From: a virus
DNA length: 64,000 nt
Strand: one strand, 5' to 3'
Virus record (IMG/VR): IMGVR_UViG_3300027859_000890
Span: 32,001-96,000 of that record
The translations under genes were made by a program, and so were the position numbers. How positions within the stretch are numbered: the first letter of the stretch is position 1; every line of letters starts with the position of its first letter. The notes beneath the pieces are model-generated. The model was not told where the DNA came from, ran no database searches, and was given only the letters and a program-made list of their open reading frames with translations. This document shows positions 57,910 to 64,000 of the stretch, piece after piece.

Positions 57910-58628
57910 CAACTATAGTTGCAATTGGTTGCAGTCATACATATGGCACAAGGCTTGATGGTATTCAAAGCAGTAGTCTATTCAATATTAATAATAACTT
58001 TGCTGCCTTGCTTGCAAAAAGAAACAATTTTAAAATAGCACATTTAAGTCAGCCAGGTGGTAGTAATGAATTTATTCATAGACAAACAGTTGATTGGTTA
58101 ACAAGACATAGAAAACGTGACGAAGATTATATCGTGTTAATTGGTTGGACCAGTCCGTTTAGAATGGAACTTAGATATCCAGAGGATTCAGATGTTGAAC
58201 ACGCTGCTCTAAGCAAAATAGATATGAAATACTTTCCTGTTAGCATAGGACAGGAACCAGAGATTGCACAAACAAAACAGTTCAAAAATATACACAGCAT
58301 ATTGCCTATTATGTTTGAAGAAACTAAGGAATATGATATGTGGGCAAGTTATGCACTAGCCACACAGCGTATGCTACAAAAAAACAAAGTAAAATTTTTG
58401 ATGTATAATACTTGCGAAGAAATAAAAATTACGCAAAATAATTCAAGTATTATTAATTTGTTTGATACAATAACTTACCTTAATCCTACTACAAAAGATG
58501 CTAATTTTTTGTATTGGGGATTGAAAAACGGGTATGAAAAGACAGAATGTTGGCATTTGAAACTAGATGCACACATTGCTTGGAGTGAATATTTAGAAAA
58601 AGAGTGTAAAAAACTTGACTACTTTTGA
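57906..58628 (+). CDS. SGNH-hydrolase-like protein
   Basis: AIGCSHTYG, GGSN, IGWTSPFRMELRY, H-x4-H. Confidence 0.65.
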   Translation: MTTIVAIGCSHTYGTRLDGIQSSSLFNINNNFAALLAKRNNFKIAHLSQPGGSNEFIHRQTVDWLTRHRKRDEDYIVLIGWTSPFRMELRYPEDSDVEHAALSKIDMKYFPVSIGQEPEIAQTKQFKNIHSILPIMFEETKEYDMWASYALATQRMLQKNKVKFLMYNTCEEIKITQNNSSIINLFDTITYLNPTTKDANFLYWGLKNGYEKTECWHLKLDAHIAWSEYLEKECKKLDYF

Positions 58629-58643
58629 TAACTGTGTTATAAG
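58615..58643 (+). promoter_or_regulatory. Sigma70-type promoter
   Basis: TTGACT-17nt-TATAAG with TGn. Confidence 0.55.
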
Positions 58644-58666
58644 TACAAAACAGTGAGGAGAAATTG

Positions 58667-58867
58667 ATGTCTAAATATGGTCCAAGAGTTTACGCTAGTG
58701 ATTTGATAAACACAAAAAATCATTGGGCAGTTGGTGTAGTTTGGAATAGAGAAGGCAGTAAAGGTGTTTACAAAATAGAAATGCAAGATAAAGGTTTTAC
58801 TTGTGATTGTCCAGCGTTTAAGAAATGTAAACATATAAAATCAGTAGAGGAGCAGTTCATTGGCTAA
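58667..58867 (+). CDS. SWIM zinc-finger protein
   Basis: TCDCPAFKKCKHI; GAGGAG RBS. Confidence 0.8.
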   Translation: MSKYGPRVYASDLINTKNHWAVGVVWNREGSKGVYKIEMQDKGFTCDCPAFKKCKHIKSVEEQFIG

Positions 58868-60038
58868 AAGTGTAGTGAAACGCAAAAAACCCAGAGCAAA
58901 ACGTAATCTAAATGATTGGGATGTTATACGTGAAGACTGGGGTTGGCAAAAAGCAGGCTATTATATCCATTACGAAATTGATAGTAAGCAATGGCTTGTT
59001 AAGATAAAAGAGTTTATAAAAAAGAGATATGATAAAAAAGTTGTAACTTCAATCAACAAACTCCCTGATTGGAAAATTGGTGGTAAAAGTCATTGGGCAA
59101 CAGCGGCACACTTTGAAGAACATTGGCCAGATAAAATACACGAAGGTTATGTAGGCAAACTAAATGAATGGATTCTAAAACTTGCAGAAGAAGGTGCAAA
59201 AGTAGTAGAAGAAAAGAAGAAAGAAGAAAAAGCAAAAAAGAATGTATATGTTCCTAGCATACAAGAACGTATTCGTGATCAAGCATTTCTTGCCTGTGAA
59301 GCCATAGAAGAATGGATGGATGGTTTTATTACAGATAATAAAACGTTTGATCCTAAAGGATTTGATTTTGTAAAACACTTCGCAAAATATAAAGTTACTC
59401 AAGCACACGCAAGAAAAATTAAAGGTTTGTATCAAGGTGAATTAGAAGAAGCATATCTAATACAAGATTTGCCAACACCAGGACAAATTAAAAAATGCAA
59501 GAATGAACGTGAAGCAGATCAATTACAGCAATTACGCGAAGGCTACAGTCATCTAACAAAAAAGGATGCAAAAGCATACTTGACTGCATTAGAGCTACTA
59601 CACGGCGCTTGTGACGTTGTTATAGACGCCGCTAAAGCAAATCGTAAGCCACGTGCTAAGAAAGCACCAAGTAAAGAAAAACTAGTTGCTAAGTTGAAGT
59701 ATATGTTGCGTGATGACAAACTACAACTTGTCAGTGTAAATCCATTAGATATTTTGGATAGCAAAGAAGTTTGGGTATACAATGTTAAGACACGTAAACT
59801 TGGAAAGTATATTGCAGAAGATCACGCAACTTTGCAAGTTAAAGGTACAACACTATTGCATTTCAACGAATTGCAAAGTAAACAAAAAACATTGCGTAAA
59901 CCTGCAGAAACACTTAAAGAATTTAAGAATGCCGGCAAAGTGCAACTAAGAAAATTTATGGATGATATTAAAACCACTGATATCAAATTAAATGGCAGAT
60001 TAAATAGTGATACTATTATTCTCAAATGTGTAAAATAA
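58860..60038 (+). CDS. Large-phage hypothetical protein
   Basis: 392-aa basic ORF; YNVKTRKL, KTLRKP, NGRLN. Confidence 0.7.
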   Translation: MAKSVVKRKKPRAKRNLNDWDVIREDWGWQKAGYYIHYEIDSKQWLVKIKEFIKKRYDKKVVTSINKLPDWKIGGKSHWATAAHFEEHWPDKIHEGYVGKLNEWILKLAEEGAKVVEEKKKEEKAKKNVYVPSIQERIRDQAFLACEAIEEWMDGFITDNKTFDPKGFDFVKHFAKYKVTQAHARKIKGLYQGELEEAYLIQDLPTPGQIKKCKNEREADQLQQLREGYSHLTKKDAKAYLTALELLHGACDVVIDAAKANRKPRAKKAPSKEKLVAKLKYMLRDDKLQLVSVNPLDILDSKEVWVYNVKTRKLGKYIAEDHATLQVKGTTLLHFNELQSKQKTLRKPAETLKEFKNAGKVQLRKFMDDIKTTDIKLNGRLNSDTIILKCVK

Positions 60039-60098
60039 ATATATTGCTAAGGAGTTCGCCACGAGCCTCCTATATCAAAAGGCAGGGGATACATAAAT

Positions 60099-60404
60099 TT
60101 GACATTAGAAAAACTTAAAAAACAACTATTGTGGTGGAATAAAGCGGCAGTGGTGGCACCAATCTTTGTTACTACATTTTTGGTGTTACTGTGGTATGCT
60201 TCTATATGTCCGCCCGACCAATTATTTTTAACAGCCTGTGGGCTGTATTTCGCTACCGCAGTAATCTGGTGGTGGTGGACAATGCGAGGTATAGCATACC
60301 TTGTAGCATTGATGCAGAAGATACAGGAAGATATGCTCGAAGCATCAAAAGACCTAAAAAGTATTCGTAATGAGATACAGGTTGACAACCAATCTACTAA
60401 GTAG
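60099..60404 (+). CDS. Membrane protein (2 TM plus coiled tail)
   Basis: Two hydrophobic segments; TAAATA at 60036. Confidence 0.55.
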   Translation: MTLEKLKKQLLWWNKAAVVAPIFVTTFLVLLWYASICPPDQLFLTACGLYFATAVIWWWWTMRGIAYLVALMQKIQEDMLEASKDLKSIRNEIQVDNQSTK

Positions 60405-60481
60405 TATTATTAAACTAAGAGGACTATGTGTTCGACCCTCTATAAATATTCCGCACACTCCGTATTGACAAGGAGTATAAT
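60382..60481 (+). promoter_or_regulatory. Promoter and structured queD leader (preQ1-I-like candidate)
   Basis: TTGACA-17nt-TATTAT; AGAGG/CCTCT stem with A-rich tail; ACTCC can pair with SD GGAGT. Confidence 0.45.
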
Positions 60482-60925
60482 ATGAGTTATTACAGTACAA
60501 AAACATATGGGCACAACATTGGATTGAGTGCCTGCTTTAGACAACCTAATGCACATTCACATTGCAAATTTTTACACGGATATAGTTTGCAATTTAAATT
60601 TACGTTTTCAGCAATTAATCTTGATGAGCGTAATTGGGTAGTTGACTTTGGTGGCTTGAAGCCGTTGAAAGCGTGGCTTGAAGAAAAGTTTGATCACAAA
60701 GTTATACTAGACGTTGAAGATCCTTTTATGGAGCATTTTGATAATCTTGCGGCAGCAGGACTATGTGAACTTACAAAGTTTGATGGTGTAGGCGTTGAAC
60801 GTTTTGCATATCACGCTTGGGTGTTTGCAAATAAACTTGTTGACGAAATGACTGACGGACGTTGTAAATGCGTTGAAGTAGAATGTGCTGAACACGGTGC
60901 AAATTCGGCGATATACAAAGTATGA
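60482..60925 (+). CDS. queD: 6-carboxytetrahydropterin synthase
   Basis: HCKFLHGY, VDFG, FDH, E-H-G-A-N-S. Confidence 0.88.
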   Translation: MSYYSTKTYGHNIGLSACFRQPNAHSHCKFLHGYSLQFKFTFSAINLDERNWVVDFGGLKPLKAWLEEKFDHKVILDVEDPFMEHFDNLAAAGLCELTKFDGVGVERFAYHAWVFANKLVDEMTDGRCKCVEVECAEHGANSAIYKV

Positions 60926-61347
60926 AGATATTAATATTTGGCCTACCAGGAAGCGGCAAAACAACATTGGCAAAATCATTTGCTGAGTTGATAGGTGGAG
61001 TACATTTAAACGCTGACGCAGTACGAACCAAATATAATGATTGGGACTTTAGTAAAGCAGGGCGTGTAAAGCAAGCACAACGTATGCGTCTTTTAGCAGA
61101 TGGTGTAGTTATGGCAGGCAAAACTGCCATAGCAGACTTTGTATGTCCTACTTACATAACTAGATTAGAGTTTAATCCTGACTTTACAGTTTGGATGGAT
61201 ACTGTTGATGGTTGTGAATATAATGACACTAATATTTTATTTGAACCACCTGAAAAAGTAGATTATCACGTAGGTGAATGGTTCAGTAACACACACGAAG
61301 CATTAGAACCTGTCATCAAAAGATGGATGGAAAGAAATGGTGTTTGA
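60922..61347 (+). CDS. cysC: Adenylylsulfate kinase-like protein
   Basis: GLPGSGKTT, NADAVR, DFS-x-x-GR, FEPP. Confidence 0.75.
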   Translation: MKILIFGLPGSGKTTLAKSFAELIGGVHLNADAVRTKYNDWDFSKAGRVKQAQRMRLLADGVVMAGKTAIADFVCPTYITRLEFNPDFTVWMDTVDGCEYNDTNILFEPPEKVDYHVGEWFSNTHEALEPVIKRWMERNGV

Positions 61348-61741
61348 TTTTAAAAAACCTACTGTACAGTTGTTAGGCAGATGGCAACCTTGGCACGAAG
61401 GACATACTGCTCTTTTTAAAAAAGCACTAGAACAAACAGGCCAAGTTGTTATAATGGTGCGTGATGTAAATGGTGCTGATGCTGGAATGGGCAATAAAGA
61501 CAATCCTTTTCATATGCGTGAAGTGCGTGGACAAATAGATCGTGCCTTAGAAGCAGAAGGTTATACAAACGGTATTGAATATCACGTTATGTTAGTACCA
61601 AACATTGTAGACATAAGTTATGGTCGTAAAGTTGGTTACACATTTACAGAACAGGATTTAGGTGAAGAGATACACGAAATAAGTGCAACCAAAATTAGAC
61701 GTAGAATGCGCAGAGAAGGTACACTTGAAAAAAGAAAATGA
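61337..61741 (+). CDS. HxGH nucleotidyltransferase
   Basis: GRWQPWHEGH, DNPF, ISATKIR. Confidence 0.8.
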   Translation: MVFDFKKPTVQLLGRWQPWHEGHTALFKKALEQTGQVVIMVRDVNGADAGMGNKDNPFHMREVRGQIDRALEAEGYTNGIEYHVMLVPNIVDISYGRKVGYTFTEQDLGEEIHEISATKIRRRMRREGTLEKRK

Positions 61742-62430
61742 ATTACATTATATGTCTAAAATGGGGAAAGAAATATTCTGCTGAATACGTAAACAAACTT
61801 TATGCAATGACGCAAAGGCATTGTAAAGTACCGCACCAATTTATTTGTTTTACTGAAAGCAGAAAAGACATAGACAAAGAAATCAAAACAATAAATTTAC
61901 CCACTATAAATTTAGATGGTTGGTGGTTCAAACCTTGGTTCTTTAGTAAAGATTTGCCAATACAAGGTACAATGTTATATTTTGATTTAGATGTAATCGT
62001 ATTTAGAAATATAGATAAGTTGTTTGAATACAAACCAAAACAGTTTTGTATCATTAGAGATTTCAATAGAAGTATTAGGCCTGGCTTTGATAGAATAAAC
62101 AGCAGTGTGTTTCGTTTAGAAACAGGAATGTTTGATCCTATATGGAAACAGTTTGAAAATGATCCTAAATTACATATGCAAAAGAATAGAGGTGATCAAG
62201 ACTGGATGTACAAAAACATAAGAAACTTCAGTTACTGGCCAGATGAATGGATACAAAGTTATAAATGGGAAATGCGTGATAGGAGAGATCTAGCAATACA
62301 CAAAGGCAAAAGAAACTTTATTGTAGATTCACCGCCTAAAATACTAGATGATTGCAGTGTTGCTGTATTTCACGGTGAACCAAACCCATTAGATGCAAAT
62401 GATACTTGGGTAAGGAATAATTGGGGTTGA
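61738..62430 (+). CDS. Glycosyltransferase (GT-A, DxD)
   Basis: CLKWG-x-KY, YFDLD, NSSV, GDQ, FHGEPNP. Confidence 0.8.
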   Translation: MNYIICLKWGKKYSAEYVNKLYAMTQRHCKVPHQFICFTESRKDIDKEIKTINLPTINLDGWWFKPWFFSKDLPIQGTMLYFDLDVIVFRNIDKLFEYKPKQFCIIRDFNRSIRPGFDRINSSVFRLETGMFDPIWKQFENDPKLHMQKNRGDQDWMYKNIRNFSYWPDEWIQSYKWEMRDRRDLAIHKGKRNFIVDSPPKILDDCSVAVFHGEPNPLDANDTWVRNNWG

Positions 62431-62455
62431 CAAGCACATTTGTTTGTGTTATATT
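62427..62455 (+). promoter_or_regulatory. Early sigma70-type promoter
   Basis: GGTTGACA-17nt-TATATT with TGn. Confidence 0.65.
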
Positions 62456-62485
62456 ACTTATATAACGTAACACAAAGAGGGTAAT

Positions 62486-62833
62486 ATGACAAACACTATT
62501 GAATGGGGCCAAACACCTACTACTAAGCCAATCGTTGAAAAATTAGATGAACTAATACCATTAGAAGGTATGGTTACTAATCCTGTAAAAAACAAACATT
62601 TAGAAAAGTTTCGTAAAGCACAAAATGTTGTTTACGATATTTTTAACAATGGTCTTGGTAACAGAGGTAAGTCTTTAAAAGTTTTAGGGCTTATGAAATA
62701 TGATCTTGCACTAGAAGAATACAGAGGTGGCGAGATAATTATGCGAGCTAATTGGGATAGAGTCAACGAAGTTGTTGAACAAGCATTTACGCCAATCGTT
62801 ATGGCGGCAGCAAAGGAACAAGGAATCAAGTGA
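62486..62833 (+). CDS. Phage hypothetical protein
   Basis: YDIFNNGLGN motif; GAGG RBS. Confidence 0.65.
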   Translation: MTNTIEWGQTPTTKPIVEKLDELIPLEGMVTNPVKNKHLEKFRKAQNVVYDIFNNGLGNRGKSLKVLGLMKYDLALEEYRGGEIIMRANWDRVNEVVEQAFTPIVMAAAKEQGIK

Positions 62834-63366
62834 TGCCAAATACTTGGGTCATCAGTGACACACATTTCAGACACGAAGCAATCCTTACGTTCAAGGACTA
62901 TGCTGGCAAGCCTCCAAGAGAAGGGTTTGACAATGTTGATCATATGGATCAGCATATGATGGATATGTGGAATGAAACTGTTAAGCCTGAAGATACAATA
63001 TATCATTTAGGTGATGTTTTGTTTGGACACGATAAACTTGAGTGGATGCAAAATAACTTCAAAAAGTTGCCTGGTAAAAAGTATTTGGTGCTTGGTAATC
63101 ACGATAACCCAAAGTTTATGGCTATGTTCTTTAAACAGATAATGTTGTGGAAGGACTACAGTGAATTAGGGTTATTGCTTAGCCACACACCTGTACATCC
63201 AAGCACACTTGCTGAAACACATAGGTTTGGTGATAAACCTGTGTTGAATGTTCACGGACACATACATAGTAATCCTTCACCAGAAGGTCCTTACAAATGT
63301 GTGAGCGTAGAACAAATAAACTATACGCCTGTCAATTTAGACAGTCTTAGAGAAGGAGTAATGTAA
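62830..63366 (+). CDS. Calcineurin-like metallophosphoesterase
   Basis: SDTH, HLGD, GNHD, HGHIH. Confidence 0.9.
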   Translation: MMPNTWVISDTHFRHEAILTFKDYAGKPPREGFDNVDHMDQHMMDMWNETVKPEDTIYHLGDVLFGHDKLEWMQNNFKKLPGKKYLVLGNHDNPKFMAMFFKQIMLWKDYSELGLLLSHTPVHPSTLAETHRFGDKPVLNVHGHIHSNPSPEGPYKCVSVEQINYTPVNLDSLREGVM

Positions 63367-63611
63367 TGACTAGACTACAACGTAAATTTTTAGCGAAAAT
63401 AGCACCGCCATTTGTAATTATGGCTTATGTTGCATTTGTCTTATTGTTGTTTCTTGCATCACCAAGTGTTTGGTTTGCAGTTGGTGTTATTATACTTTTT
63501 CTTATGGTACCACTGTTTGGTTGGTTTTTCTATGAATCTTGGAAAGATGCAAAGTGGGAAATAGAAAGAGAAAATCAGCAAATGCTGTACGAAATTAAAA
63601 AAGATGCTTGA
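63366..63611 (+). CDS. Small membrane protein
   Basis: Two TM segments. Confidence 0.6.
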   Translation: MTRLQRKFLAKIAPPFVIMAYVAFVLLLFLASPSVWFAVGVIILFLMVPLFGWFFYESWKDAKWEIERENQQMLYEIKKDA

Positions 63612-63924
63612 CGAACACGCCGCAAAACTTTTTGCGAAAAATATTAATATGATGGTGCCGTGGTATCTCATGGCATCATATGCCTATTATGAACAAGACG
63701 ATGCTATCTTTTCAGATGGCTTTTTTGATGATATGGGTAAAACTATGTTAGCCTGTTGGGACGACATTGAACACTTTCATAAAGAATTTATTACAAAGGG
63801 CGACTTAGAAGCAGGTACTTTTTTAGGTAAGTACCCTAGTAGGGTTGAGGGAGCATTAAAAAGTTTGCGTGAAGCATACTACACAAAAAGCGGCACAGTT
63901 CGCAAGAAACCGAAACTCTCTTGA
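63604..63924 (+). CDS. Stand-alone LigA N-terminal (domain Ia)-like protein
   Basis: AYYEQDDAIFSDGFFD resembles YY-x-x-D-x-P-x-ISD-x-EYD. Confidence 0.55.
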   Translation: MLDEHAAKLFAKNINMMVPWYLMASYAYYEQDDAIFSDGFFDDMGKTMLACWDDIEHFHKEFITKGDLEAGTFLGKYPSRVEGALKSLREAYYTKSGTVRKKPKLS

Positions 63925-63949
63925 CAAACAGACACATAGAAAGTATATT
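63921..63949 (+). promoter_or_regulatory. Sigma70-type promoter
   Basis: TTGACA-17nt-TATATT. Confidence 0.6.
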
Positions 63950-64000
63950 AGTATTATGCAAGACTTAATTTTTACAAATGTAGAGGACTTCTTACGATCT

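Noticed and set aside
1-64000. Stop-codon reassignment
   Set aside because: Conserved genes are full-length in the standard code, TAA/TAG/TGA all terminate genes, and no suppressor anticodon is present.
1-64000. CRISPR arrays, IS elements, introns/inteins, rRNA
   Set aside because: I saw no regularly spaced repeats, transposase or integrase motifs, or interrupted conserved genes; the curlin repeats are protein-level only.

Overview
AT-rich, gene-dense, almost entirely plus-strand window that reads as the accessory region of a very large (jumbo, T4-like) phage, probably marine. No capsid, terminase or polymerase gene lies in the window, so the viral call rests on indirect evidence: T4-type TAAATA late-promoter motifs, strong TTGACA-type early promoters, many small hypothetical ORFs, a tRNA cluster and genes typical of large phages (bS21, IF-1, Hsp20, ClpS, ClpP, SleB, HemO/PcyX, QueD, CysC). 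Rhodobacteraceae-like signatures in Cox1 suggest a Roseobacter-type host. Main highlights: (1) an apparently intact aa3 cytochrome c oxidase module (Cox2, Cox11, Cox1, probable subunit IV) near DoxX, pseudoazurin and a porin; (2) a curli module (CsgF, CsgG, two curlins) interleaved with a FecR-domain protein ending in curlin-like strands and followed by a CHASE2 adenylate cyclase, a candidate fibre-coupled trans-envelope cAMP signalling system; (3) nine radical SAM enzymes, six of them in tandem; (4) an unannotated 41-aa, 9-Cys metallothionein-like peptide; (5) a tRNA-Trp with a long variable arm; (6) a ROSE-like thermometer before hsp20 and a preQ1-like leader before queD; (7) apparent window-wide avoidance of CATG. 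All calls come from manual motif reading; no searches were run.
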